The notes below the pieces were generated by a model that did no database searches, was not told where the DNA came from, and saw only the letters and a program-made list of their open reading frames with translations. From Alphaproteobacteria bacterium (lineage in GTDB: Bacteria; Pseudomonadota; Alphaproteobacteria; CAAHEQ01; UBA3637): a stretch of 64,000 bases of DNA. The position numbers were made by a program, and so were the translations under genes. Location of the stretch: contig JAFYHG010000008.1 of assembly GCA_017539265.1 (NCBI GenBank), positions 67,354 through 131,353 on the forward strand, read 5' to 3'. This document shows, piece after piece, positions 22,659 through 31,996 of the stretch (its first letter is position 1; the number at the start of each line of letters is the position of its first letter).

Positions 22659-23573
22659 ATGATAGATTTACATAACCACAGTAATTACTCGGACGGACTA
22701 TACGAGCCATCCAAAGTAATTGAAAATGCAGTTCGTGACGGCTTATCCGCCGTTGCCCTCTGTGACCATGATTGCACATGGGGATTGGCCGAAGCAAAAC
22801 GCAAGGCCGCCGAACTCGGCATCGATTTTGTGCCAGGCGTTGAGTTAACAGTCAACGTTGACGGCGATAAAGATCGCGCAGCCGAAATTCACATGCTTGG
22901 CCTGTTCGTAGAGCCAACATCACATCTGGAAGACATTCATGCCCGTGTCAAACAGGAAAAAGATGCCTTCAGTTATGACTTGGCCGCCGCCATTCGCAAA
23001 AACCTTGGCATTCCGGTCGAAGTAGATGACATGCGGCGTCAATTCCACGGAGCCATCAGCATGGGAGCTTTCGGTGAATACATGGTTCAACATGGCATGA
23101 TTGAAAAATTTTCCGATCGGAAAAAGATGACCAATCAATTAATTGCTGAAGGCAAATTGCCCCCGAAACCGGAATTCGGTATTTCCGCGGCAGAAGCCAT
23201 TGAAGCCATTCACGGTGCCGGCGGCTATGCGATTTTGGCGCATCCTTTCCGGACAAAATTGCCGGAACAAACCCTCTTTGAACGGATCAAAGAATACAAA
23301 GCCATGGGCTTAGACGGACTTGAATGCTTTTATAAGAAGTATGACAAAGAAGACGAAGCCGACAAGATTAAGAAAAGTCTTCAAATGGCTACCATTCTTG
23401 GCCTGCTCATCAGCGGTGGCTCCGACTACCATCGGGATTCGTCCAAGGGTCGTTTCAAAAACGGTGGCGATATTCCGGACCAAGTCTTGGCCGATCTGAA
23501 AGAAGCACGTGTTGTTCGGGATGCCGAATATCAAAAACGCTTAATCGCTTCTTACGCCAGGGTTCATGAATAA
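22659..23573 (+). CDS. PHP-domain phosphoesterase (TrpH/YciV-like)
   Basis: MIDLHNHSNYSDG start (the H-x-H plus SDG of PHP domains). Internal ILAHP and GGSDYH metal-ligand motifs. RBS aaaggagag. Confidence 0.8.
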   Translation: MIDLHNHSNYSDGLYEPSKVIENAVRDGLSAVALCDHDCTWGLAEAKRKAAELGIDFVPGVELTVNVDGDKDRAAEIHMLGLFVEPTSHLEDIHARVKQEKDAFSYDLAAAIRKNLGIPVEVDDMRRQFHGAISMGAFGEYMVQHGMIEKFSDRKKMTNQLIAEGKLPPKPEFGISAAEAIEAIHGAGGYAILAHPFRTKLPEQTLFERIKEYKAMGLDGLECFYKKYDKEDEADKIKKSLQMATILGLLISGGSDYHRDSSKGRFKNGGDIPDQVLADLKEARVVRDAEYQKRLIASYARVHE

Positions 23574-23617
23574 CAATCGGGGTGGCTAGCCCACCCCACA
23601 ACAAAAGGAGGAAAAAA

Positions 23618-24508
23618 ATGATAAACACAAATAAACTGAAAGGGGTAAAAACAACTGTCCTAACGGCTCTATTAGCCGCCGGTGCAACACTCACCCCGCT
23701 TAAGGGGCAATCGGAAACGACTGTCCCGCTTACCAACGATACCGTTACGGCTATCACGCCTAAGGATACAGCCAAACGCAAACAACTGTTTGAAATGGCC
23801 GTTCGGGCAAATCTGCCGACAAAAGAAATCACAAAATACATTGATTTTCCTGATTTCATTCCCGTCGACAAAAACGGGCAATTGGATGAAAAGAAAGTAG
23901 CAGAATGTGTAAAAGCACTGAATATCCAAAAGAATTTGCCCTATTTTCAAGACTACTGCAGGGAAGTTTGGTTGGGCTACGTCAAAAAAGGCGGAGAATA
24001 CATTATAGATACCAACAGATACACCCAAACAATGGCCGTAGCTCTCCCGAAATTGCTTGATAAACTGACGACAGATTTGCCCACCCAGAAAAAGCAAGAA
24101 ATTCAAAAATATTTCAAGCCGTTGGGAAAGGAATTAAAAAATATCTCAGGACAAATCCCTTTACACATAAGAAGTCAAGTTTTAGGCATATCAGATCCGC
24201 TGCTAGCCATGCTTGGAACAGTAGGGGTAATTATGCTTTCTTGTGGTGCTTTTAAGCGCCTAAAAGGGGATGCAATAACTGTTTCTGCAATGGCCGGATT
24301 ATTGGCTGTAGCCCTTCTTCCCGCCAGCATTATCCCGCGTATTGATAATGCCCTTAAAGGCGGAAACTCGGGATATGTAGAAAAATGTTTAAAAGACACA
24401 TTTTCCCAAAATTATAACACCTATGTGAATAATACCATCCAAACCGAAAAGGATCGCCAAACTCTTTTGGCCAGGCAACAACTCAACCAACAGATACAAA
24501 AATATTAA
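23618..24508 (+). CDS. Hypothetical secreted/membrane protein (ORFan cassette gene 1)
   Basis: Start moved to MINTNKLKG, 7 nt after AAGGAGG. Signal-peptide-like TTVLTALLAAGATLTPL. Two C-terminal hydrophobic segments (LLAMLGTVGVIMLSCGAF and VSAMAGLLAVALLPASII). No family recognised. Confidence 0.6.
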   Translation: MINTNKLKGVKTTVLTALLAAGATLTPLKGQSETTVPLTNDTVTAITPKDTAKRKQLFEMAVRANLPTKEITKYIDFPDFIPVDKNGQLDEKKVAECVKALNIQKNLPYFQDYCREVWLGYVKKGGEYIIDTNRYTQTMAVALPKLLDKLTTDLPTQKKQEIQKYFKPLGKELKNISGQIPLHIRSQVLGISDPLLAMLGTVGVIMLSCGAFKRLKGDAITVSAMAGLLAVALLPASIIPRIDNALKGGNSGYVEKCLKDTFSQNYNTYVNNTIQTEKDRQTLLARQQLNQQIQKY

Positions 24509-24518
24509 GGAGGAAAAA

Positions 24519-25634
24519 ATGCCTAAAAAGTTTAAAATTCAATTAATTGATGAGCCCGTCAGTTATAAGAAAAAATGCGCTTACGAAAAATTTCTCATAG
24601 ATGTCCTGCCGGTTCGATCCGGAACCTTTCACGGGACACTACCGGTTGAATGTATCCCCGATTCAATTAAGGAAAAACTAGAAATCGAAAGATTCGTTTG
24701 GAGGATTCACTTCTTTAAAACAGAAGAAGGTCTGTTTTACAGTTCTTATCAATACCAAACCGGATATGACAGGGAAAAAATCTGCCGTGATGACGGCTAC
24801 ACAAGCGGCGATATTTATGTTTATAAACCGACTATAAAAGGCGCCGTTGTTTCGGCAGCAGGTGACATGATCATTTATCCCGATAAAGATTACTACTTTG
24901 TTGGTAGCCACAGGGATACTGAATTTGACGGTATGTGCGGCATTTATAATCCCACCTATAACTATTATGCCAAAGATATCCGAATTGAATTTGGCGGATC
25001 AAAAATGTCCACAACAACACCGGCAAAAACATTACAGGAATTTGCATCCCAAAATATGGGATACGGATGCCCGCCGGCCCTACGCAAAATTCTGGGAGCC
25101 TTTGCCGAAAAGGAAACAGAGGTCAAACAGCCCGATCAAGACCTTCCCGTTTATATATATCACCCAAAACCGACGGAAAGTGTCTGTATTGCTTCTTTAC
25201 CCGTTCAAGAATTTAACAACGGACTGACGTTATTCTCAACTTATGTCATGTCCAAAACCCGTGGTGCGGATAAGCGTTCTATTCATTTGTTTATCCCCGA
25301 AGCCAATACCCATATCGTTTTGGCGAAAACGGAACAAAACGGTCAATCCGCTGCCTCTTTGGCGATTAACGGGAACGAACTTTCGACATTTCCTGATTTT
25401 ACGGGATTATCCGACGCCCGTCAAAAGGCATTGGCAATACCATCGGCCGGCCGTTTTTCTGAGGTTTTAGAAACATATGTTTTTTCGGATCCACGAAAGC
25501 GCCTGTTAAAGATTTTTAACTTGTTGGATTCTTATGTTATTCGGGAAAATGCACTTGTTCCTAAATGTGTAAAAATAACCCGCAAAAAGAGTCCGCAAAA
25601 ACCCGCATCAACCGGTCGGATACGGGAAGAATAA
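24519..25634 (+). CDS. Hypothetical protein (ORFan cassette gene 2)
   Basis: 371-aa ORF with RBS AAGGAGG 6 nt upstream. Soluble, Tyr-rich, with a basic tail (KITRKKSPQKPASTGRIREE). No family recognised. Confidence 0.6.
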   Translation: MPKKFKIQLIDEPVSYKKKCAYEKFLIDVLPVRSGTFHGTLPVECIPDSIKEKLEIERFVWRIHFFKTEEGLFYSSYQYQTGYDREKICRDDGYTSGDIYVYKPTIKGAVVSAAGDMIIYPDKDYYFVGSHRDTEFDGMCGIYNPTYNYYAKDIRIEFGGSKMSTTTPAKTLQEFASQNMGYGCPPALRKILGAFAEKETEVKQPDQDLPVYIYHPKPTESVCIASLPVQEFNNGLTLFSTYVMSKTRGADKRSIHLFIPEANTHIVLAKTEQNGQSAASLAINGNELSTFPDFTGLSDARQKALAIPSAGRFSEVLETYVFSDPRKRLLKIFNLLDSYVIRENALVPKCVKITRKKSPQKPASTGRIREE

Positions 25635-25673
25635 CAATCGCGGTGTCTGACCACCACCCAAAAGGAGAAAAAA

Positions 25674-26333
25674 ATGAGTATAATATACGATAGAAACGGA
25701 CAAAGACATGGAACTTTGGACAAGGATTGTGAAGAAGAACGTGAATACAATGATGATGGCTACTGGCACTCTTATACAGTAACGGTATCTTATCCGTATG
25801 CGTGGTATTGGCACGGTAAAGAAGTCAGCAGTTCCGAATATCGGGAACAACAGGAAAAACAGGCCCGATTTATTCAGCAAATTCCTCAAGCAACATATCC
25901 GCAGGTTCAAAAACTACTCACCGATCCTGATTTTATCACTGATCTGGTCGGCGAACAAAAGGTTGAACAAGCTTTTCATAAAAATCCCAACCTGACGTAT
26001 ATGAATTATTTGCGCCTGTCTCGCAAAAAAGGGATATCCGAACAGGCAAAAAAAATCCTGTTTGACTTATCCGTTCACCGCCTAGAGCAAGATAAAAAAG
26101 AACGGGAAGAAACACGCGTTCTTAGCGAATTAAAGCAAATAAAAAAACTTCAGGTATTTGCATCCTTTTTAACCGAGGAAAACCTGCGCATTTTGGGGGC
26201 TCAAAAGATTTTTGAAACCGTCACGTTTCCGGTTGAAAAAGTCCTCCCCATCGCTCAGGAAAAATTATCCGGCGACAATCTTAAAATTGCCAATAAAGTT
26301 TTACAAAAACGCTTTTGTGCGCAACAAGAATGA
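25674..26333 (+). CDS. Hypothetical protein (ORFan cassette gene 3)
   Basis: 219-aa ORF with RBS AAAGGAG. The N-terminus is Trp/Tyr-rich (YNDDGYWHSYTVTVSYPYAWYWHGKE) and the remainder is K/E-rich and helical. No family recognised. Confidence 0.55.
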   Translation: MSIIYDRNGQRHGTLDKDCEEEREYNDDGYWHSYTVTVSYPYAWYWHGKEVSSSEYREQQEKQARFIQQIPQATYPQVQKLLTDPDFITDLVGEQKVEQAFHKNPNLTYMNYLRLSRKKGISEQAKKILFDLSVHRLEQDKKEREETRVLSELKQIKKLQVFASFLTEENLRILGAQKIFETVTFPVEKVLPIAQEKLSGDNLKIANKVLQKRFCAQQE

Positions 26334-26362
26334 AAGTTTATAGCAACAGAAGGGAGAATAAA

Positions 26363-27187
26363 ATGCAATTAAAAATGTTATCAAAAGATCAAATTTGGGG
26401 TGGACAAAATCTGCAAGCCATCCGCGCCCAAGGCGGTCGCCCTTTCGTCACAGACCTGTGCCTGGGCCTGGGCAGTTGGGGAGACTCTCTCAAAGACCAC
26501 AACAACGTCGGCAGTACTTTTGTAGACGGCTATTCTTACGGCAGTGTCTGTGTTTGGCACCAAACGGGGGGTTCCAATTCCTGTGGCGAAGATGATCCCA
26601 AATACTCAATCCGCCCCATTATTGACGGCTCCGATGCCGAAAAAGTTTATCAATCAGTCGCCGTTAAAAAGGTTGAAAAGATAAACGGTTATTTTGTGGA
26701 AGTTATCCAACACGGTTCCTATCCGCAGGATGTTGACTGGAACTATGGCGAATTAGAGAAGCGCTATCAAAACAGAACCCTACAAATGACCGGGCGAAGC
26801 TTTACATTTAACGGCATTAACGTTAAAAATGATTACGGCTTTATCCCCTATAAATCGCCCGAGTTTGTCCTAAATAACCGAAGATATGTTCGGGCAATTG
26901 TTTCTTCATTTGCGGACTGTCTGTATCTGGATGGACGAAGGGCCTCCAACGGCTACCCCTGTTGGTATCGGGTGCAACCGATTGAATGGATTTGCGAACC
27001 GAACGGCCTGTTGATTTCCCGTAAAGGTTTGGTTGCCGGTATTCCTTTCTCTGTTGCGCGGGATTATGTGGCAAACACTTTATCCAAAGAAATTGAAAAC
27101 GATCCGCCGGCCCCCCGCTGTCTGGAAAAATCACGTCCGCTCATGTCGGATTTACTCTTGAAAAGAAAGGTGGGACACATTCGTTAA
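26363..27187 (+). CDS. Hypothetical protein (ORFan cassette gene 4)
   Basis: Start moved to MQLKMLSKDQ (RBS AGGGAG). Cys/Trp-rich. Segments LSKDQIWG, YSIRPII and QPIEWICEPNGLLISRKGL faintly recall DUF6273-type domains of Firmicutes, but this is a weak impression only. Confidence 0.5.
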   Translation: MQLKMLSKDQIWGGQNLQAIRAQGGRPFVTDLCLGLGSWGDSLKDHNNVGSTFVDGYSYGSVCVWHQTGGSNSCGEDDPKYSIRPIIDGSDAEKVYQSVAVKKVEKINGYFVEVIQHGSYPQDVDWNYGELEKRYQNRTLQMTGRSFTFNGINVKNDYGFIPYKSPEFVLNNRRYVRAIVSSFADCLYLDGRRASNGYPCWYRVQPIEWICEPNGLLISRKGLVAGIPFSVARDYVANTLSKEIENDPPAPRCLEKSRPLMSDLLLKRKVGHIR

Positions 27188-27199
27188 AATAAATATCGT

Positions 27200-27490
27200 T
27201 TACTCACACCGGAAAAAAGCCGTATTCGGTGCAAACAGACGACAGTTAAAATAATTGGTATCCTCTAAAACGGCTTTCTTATTTTTCTTGGCACATTCCT
27301 CATCTGCCATGGCTTGCAATGTTTCTTCTCCCGTCCAAAACGGCATATAGCATACCGCCGGTCGATCAGGGGCAGACTGTCCAACCGTTTTGACCTGACC
27401 AGCCTCACGCCGGCTGTCAATAAAGGGAGCACATCCCGCCATAACACCAGTTAATAAAATCACACCGATCAATAAGATTTTTTTGCTCAT
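27200..27490 (-). CDS. Small lipoprotein, unknown function
   Basis: MSKKILLIGVILLTGVMAGC lipobox. 96 aa with four further Cys. Start overlaps the mscS stop by 4 nt. Confidence 0.6.
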   Translation of the reverse strand: MSKKILLIGVILLTGVMAGCAPFIDSRREAGQVKTVGQSAPDRPAVCYMPFWTGEETLQAMADEECAKKNKKAVLEDTNYFNCRLFAPNTAFFRCE

Positions 27491-28464
27491 TTCTTAAGGT
27501 AAACCACCTGTTGTGGGAACGGAATTTCGATACCTTCTGCCTCAAACACTTTAGAAATTTGAATCATCAAATCACTCCGAATAGCCCCCTTGCTCATCAC
27601 ATCACCGGTCACACCGCGCAATTCCAACTCAATCCCACTGTCTGCGAACTTGGTAATCCATACATAGGGAGCCGGATCCGCCAACAATCTGGGGTCAGCC
27701 TTTGCAATATCCGTCAACACATACCGCACTTTTTCCAAATCCGTTCCATAGGCTACACTAACCGGCACAACCACCCGACCATTTAAATTAGCATGTGTCC
27801 AGTTAACCACCTTTCCCGATAAAATATCGGCATTCGGGATAAGGATACTGGCATTATCAAATGTTTCCAGTTCTGTCGCCCGTATCCGTACATGGCGCAC
27901 AATTCCTTCCAAATCATTGATAACGACCCAATCGCCTTCCTTAATCGGCCGTTCAAACAGGATGATGATACCCGATACAAAGTTGTTCACAATATTTTGA
28001 AGCCCAAAACCGATACCGACCGACAAAGCACCAAATAAAATTGCCAAATTTTTTAACTGGATACCCAAAATGGATAAGGTCACCAAAGCAATAAAGATCC
28101 AAATACCATAATTCATCAAAGTAATGATGGTATGCTTTATCCCGGTATCCATTTTAAGTTTTGCCAATAAATAGTTTTCCAAAATTTTCTTAAACCGGCG
28201 CACGATATAGGTTGCACATAAGAAAAATAAAGTTGCCTGAAAAAGGGCTTCAAATGTGATATTTGTTCCCGCTTCCCCTGAATAAGACCTCAATCCCGTC
28301 CACATTTTCGTCAGCATTTCCGGGTAAAAATAAATATAGAGTCCTAAAATCGCCGCAATCACAAATAATAAATATTTATTTGTTAATTTTGCTGCTTTAG
28401 CCATCTTATCTCGCACCTGACCGCGCACCGCAGCCGCAGCCTGTTTTGTCTTTTCTTTTAACAT
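27487..28464 (-). CDS. mscS: Small-conductance mechanosensitive channel (MscS family)
   Basis: Three TM segments followed by the MscS signature region GFGLQNIVNNFVSGIIILFERPIKEGDWV and a beta-domain. Confidence 0.88.
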   Translation of the reverse strand: MLKEKTKQAAAAVRGQVRDKMAKAAKLTNKYLLFVIAAILGLYIYFYPEMLTKMWTGLRSYSGEAGTNITFEALFQATLFFLCATYIVRRFKKILENYLLAKLKMDTGIKHTIITLMNYGIWIFIALVTLSILGIQLKNLAILFGALSVGIGFGLQNIVNNFVSGIIILFERPIKEGDWVVINDLEGIVRHVRIRATELETFDNASILIPNADILSGKVVNWTHANLNGRVVVPVSVAYGTDLEKVRYVLTDIAKADPRLLADPAPYVWITKFADSGIELELRGVTGDVMSKGAIRSDLMIQISKVFEAEGIEIPFPQQVVYLKK

Positions 28465-28476
28465 TGATTTTCCTTT

Positions 28477-29001
28477 TTATGATAAAGAACTTTTAGAAGA
28501 AGACGATTTACTTTGTAAAATTGACTCAACTTTGGCTGCTGCCTCTGACTCATTCAATTTATTTACTACCGCATATTCTGAAGCGAAACGCCCCAATGCT
28601 TGTTCGTAAATCTGCCGTTCACTATATGTTTGCTCTGAAATAGCGGGATTTTTATAAAGGTCCCGCAACACTTCCGCCGTAGCAATCGGATCACCCGAAT
28701 TAATCTTTGAAAGATATTCTTGCGACCGTTTGCTCCATTGAATTCGTTTAATTTTTGCTTTTCCTTTTAAGGTATGAACTGCGCTATCCATTACCGAGGC
28801 ATCTGCCACTCTTCTTAATCCTGTCTTTTGGGCCCGATCAAGCGGGATTCTTAACATCATTTTATCTTTATTAAAGTTAATGGCGATTAAGTCCAAATTC
28901 TGCCCCGCAACTGCTGTTTGCTGAATTTCTTTGACTTGGCCGACACCATGTGCCGGATATACAACAAAATCACCAGGATTAAATGTGTAGTCTTTTGACA
29001 T
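28477..29001 (-). CDS. cdnL: CarD/CdnL-family RNA polymerase-binding transcription factor
   Basis: Start moved to MSKDYTFNPGDFVVYPAHGVGQV, the canonical CarD_CdnL_TRCF N-terminus, preceded by AAGGAG. The upstream 56 codons of the track ORF read as AT-rich noise. Confidence 0.88.
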   Translation of the reverse strand: MSKDYTFNPGDFVVYPAHGVGQVKEIQQTAVAGQNLDLIAINFNKDKMMLRIPLDRAQKTGLRRVADASVMDSAVHTLKGKAKIKRIQWSKRSQEYLSKINSGDPIATAEVLRDLYKNPAISEQTYSERQIYEQALGRFASEYAVVNKLNESEAAAKVESILQSKSSSSKSSLS

Positions 29002-29218
29002 ATCATGTTCTCCTTTCGGTTGGAATGAGCGCAGTATAGCACACTTTTTTTCATTTGAAAAGCCCCAAAATGCATTTTTTTCATTTTTTTTGTATAAAAA
29101 CACAATATATAGTGTTTGAAAATTAAAAATTATACTATATATTATAACATCATAGCAGAAAATAGACAAAATTCACAAAAAAAATGCCGAATAAAACCTT
29201 TTTAGTGAAAAATAACGG

Positions 29219-30469
29219 CTATTTTTTCCGAATCAGGCACGCATAAAAGCCATCAAAACCGTTCAAAGGCAGTATTCTCAGGCTTCCAAACGGGGTTATA
29301 AATTCTTTTAGGCGATTCGCTTGCGGTTTTACCACTTCCGCCTCACCTAAAACGGATTGAATAACTTCATCTCCCTCCTTAGGATCCAATGAACAGGTGG
29401 AAAAAACAATCTCACCCCCTTTTTTCACCAATCCAATCGCCTTTAAAAGCAATTCTTTCTGCATTTCGGCCAATCGCGCCACGTCATCGGCCGATCGATG
29501 ATATTTGATTTCGGGATGTCGCGCAAGCGTTCCCGTTGCCGAACACGGGGCATCTAATAAAACGGCATCAAAGCACTCTTCTTCCGTCAAACTTAAAATA
29601 TCCGCTATCCACACCTCTATATTCAGGCCCAATCTCTTCATATTTTCTTTTAATCTTTGGACACGATTTTCCGATATGTCAAAGGCCACAACCTCCGCCC
29701 CCCGATGGGCCAGTTGCGCCGTTTTTCCTCCGGGCGCTGCACATAAATCCGCCACCCGTTTTCCCCGCACATCAGTAAACAACTGCGCCGGTATTGCGGC
29801 TGCCGCATTTTGAACCCAACATCCGCTTTCTTGAAAACCTTCCAATAAATCCGGCGCAGAAACAGGCACACGCACACCACTCGTCGGCAACACAATCCCC
29901 TTCCATTTTCGCGCCCAAGCTTCGGGGTTTTCAGGCACAGATATATCCAGCGGCGGTTCACTTAATACGGCTTCAGCCATTTCTTTTGCCTTCTGCGCAC
30001 CATAGGCCTTTTGCCAACTTTCGCTTATCCACTCGGGCAGATTTATCATCGGATTTTTAAGGCCTTTCAAAGGGTCCTTCATCCGAAAAAAGCCACGTAA
30101 AACCGCATTAACCAAACCTGATAACCCGTCAAAATGAAATTTTTTCGTCAACGCCACTGATGTATTTACCACCGCATACGGGGGCGTTTTTAGAAAGAGA
30201 GCCTGCGCGATCCCCAATCTTAAAATTTGCCGTACCGTTTGTTGTTTCTTGGGTAGTGGCCGTTTTAATAATTTTGCCAACACCCCATCAATTTGCCCCA
30301 ATCGCCGCAGGGTTGTTAAAATCAACAATCGTATGAAATTTCTATCCGAATCTGCATATTCTGCAAAATCATTTTCTTCCGACACAGCCCCGATAACCGT
30401 CTTCCCCTCGTTTAGCACACGCGTCAATATCCGGACGGCGCTTTGTCTGGGTTTTAAGGATTCTGCCAT
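29219..30469 (-). CDS. rsmB: 16S rRNA (cytosine967-C5)-methyltransferase RsmB/Sun
   Basis: NusB-like N-terminus. SAM motif DLCAAPGGKT. Catalytic-Cys motifs DAPCSATG and FSTCS. Confidence 0.88.
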   Translation of the reverse strand: MAESLKPRQSAVRILTRVLNEGKTVIGAVSEENDFAEYADSDRNFIRLLILTTLRRLGQIDGVLAKLLKRPLPKKQQTVRQILRLGIAQALFLKTPPYAVVNTSVALTKKFHFDGLSGLVNAVLRGFFRMKDPLKGLKNPMINLPEWISESWQKAYGAQKAKEMAEAVLSEPPLDISVPENPEAWARKWKGIVLPTSGVRVPVSAPDLLEGFQESGCWVQNAAAAIPAQLFTDVRGKRVADLCAAPGGKTAQLAHRGAEVVAFDISENRVQRLKENMKRLGLNIEVWIADILSLTEEECFDAVLLDAPCSATGTLARHPEIKYHRSADDVARLAEMQKELLLKAIGLVKKGGEIVFSTCSLDPKEGDEVIQSVLGEAEVVKPQANRLKEFITPFGSLRILPLNGFDGFYACLIRKK

Positions 30470-30475
30470 TGGTTT

Positions 30476-31996
30476 TTATTTCCCTTGTTTAAAAAATGAC
30501 GGCAACTCATCATCCAAACCATCCAAAAAAGACGGTTCTACCGACACTTCTTTTTTAGGTATCGGTTTAACGGCCTTTCTTTTCATCGGCCGGAAAATGT
30601 TCCAAATACTGCTGGTTGCAGGCTTTACATTTTCTTCTGCCCGTTTGGTTTCAACATTGATTGCCGGTTGAATATCGGGAATATCCACAATGGGCGTAAT
30701 TTCCGGCATAACGGGTACAGGCTCGTCAATCAAGCTTGGCTCGGCCAATACCGGTGATTCATCTAACTCCACCACCAAATCTGCCGGCAATGGTTCAATA
30801 GCAGGTTTTGGCATTATTAAATCTTCCGTTTCTTTTTTCACAACGGGAATATCCATTAAAACCGGTTCTTCTACCGACTTTACTTCCGTATCCAAACTTT
30901 CCAGTTCTATCGGTTTAATTTCTGGAATAACCTCTACAGGCTTTTGGGCCGGAATAGTCGGTTTTTCCGCCACAACAGGCTCTGCCGAACCGTTCACCAT
31001 ATCATCAATGCCGGTTGCGACCAAGGAAATCCGAATTTTTCCTGATAATTCCTCATCCATAATGGATCCGAAAATAATGTTGGCGTCAGGGTCCAATTCT
31101 TCCCGAATACGTTCTGCGGCCGTCATCACTTCATCCATTTTTAAATCCATACCGCCCGATATATTCAAAAGCAAACTCTTTGCCCCTTTAACCGATGTAT
31201 TATCGAGCAGCGGATTAGAGATTGCTTTTTCTGCAGCTTCCAAAGCCCGATTTTCGCCGCTTGCTTCGCCCGATCCCATCATGGCCCGTCCCATAGACGA
31301 CAAAACTGTTTTTACATCCGCAAAATCAAGGTTAATCAATCCCTGTTTTACAATTAAATCCGTAACGTTTCGAACCCCTTGGCACAAAACGCCGTCCGCA
31401 ATTTTAAATCCGTCCGCAAAAGTCATCTTTTCCGTTGCGATTCGATAAAGATTTTGATTCGGAATCACAATCAGCGTATCCACATATTTTTGCAGTTCGA
31501 TAATTCCCTGCTCGGCCGTTTTCATCCGGCGGGTACCTTCAAAAGTAAACGGTTTAGAAACAACACCCACCGTCAAAATATTCATCTCTTTGGCTAATTT
31601 TGCCACCACCGGCGCTGCACCCGTTCCGGTACCGCCCCCCATACCGGCGGTCAGGAATAACAAATGCAACCCCGTTAATGCTTCTTTAATTTTATCAATG
31701 GACTCTTCGGCCGAAGCTTTCCCGATTTCGGGATTCGCACCGGCTCCCAGCCCTTTTGTAACGGCCACACCCAATTGAATTTTATCCGCCGCCAACGATT
31801 TGGAAAGCGTTTGTGCATCTGTATTCGCCGCAAAGAACGATACTCCCGATAAACCCGATTCAATCATATTATTCACGGCATTCCCGCCGGCACCGCCCAC
31901 ACCGATAACACCGATATTCGGCGTCATTAAAACTTCCGGTTGCGGGGTCGCCAACGCCAGCCCCAAATCATTACTGTCCATTATTTCATTAACCAT
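30476..31996 (-). CDS. ftsZ: Cell division GTPase FtsZ
   Basis: [16 protein letters not shown] and the tubulin signature [11 protein letters not shown]. Long Pro/Glu/Val-rich linker. C-terminal conserved peptide [10 protein letters not shown]. Confidence 0.97.
   Translation of the reverse strand: MVNEIMDSNDLGLALATPQPEVLMTPNIGVIGVGGAGGNAVNNMIESGLSGVSFFAANTDAQTLSKSLAADKIQLGVAVTKGLGAGANPEIGKASAEESIDKIKEALTGLHLLFLTAGMGGGTGTGAAPVVAKLAKEMNILTVGVVSKPFTFEGTRRMKTAEQGIIELQKYVDTLIVIPNQNLYRIATEKMTFADGFKIADGVLCQGVRNVTDLIVKQGLINLDFADVKTVLSSMGRAMMGSGEASGENRALEAAEKAISNPLLDNTSVKGAKSLLLNISGGMDLKMDEVMTAAERIREELDPDANIIFGSIMDEELSGKIRISLVATGIDDMVNGSAEPVVAEKPTIPAQKPVEVIPEIKPIELESLDTEVKSVEEPVLMDIPVVKKETEDLIMPKPAIEPLPADLVVELDESPVLAEPSLIDEPVPVMPEITPIVDIPDIQPAINVETKRAEENVKPATSSIWNIFRPMKRKAVKPIPKKEVSVEPSFLDGLDDELPSFFKQGK

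Noticed and set aside
30476-31000. The long Pro/Glu/Val/Ile-rich C-terminal linker of FtsZ as something unusual.
   Set aside because: Extended disordered linkers ending in the conserved FtsA/ZipA-binding peptide (DDELPSFF) are normal for FtsZ, particularly in alphaproteobacteria.
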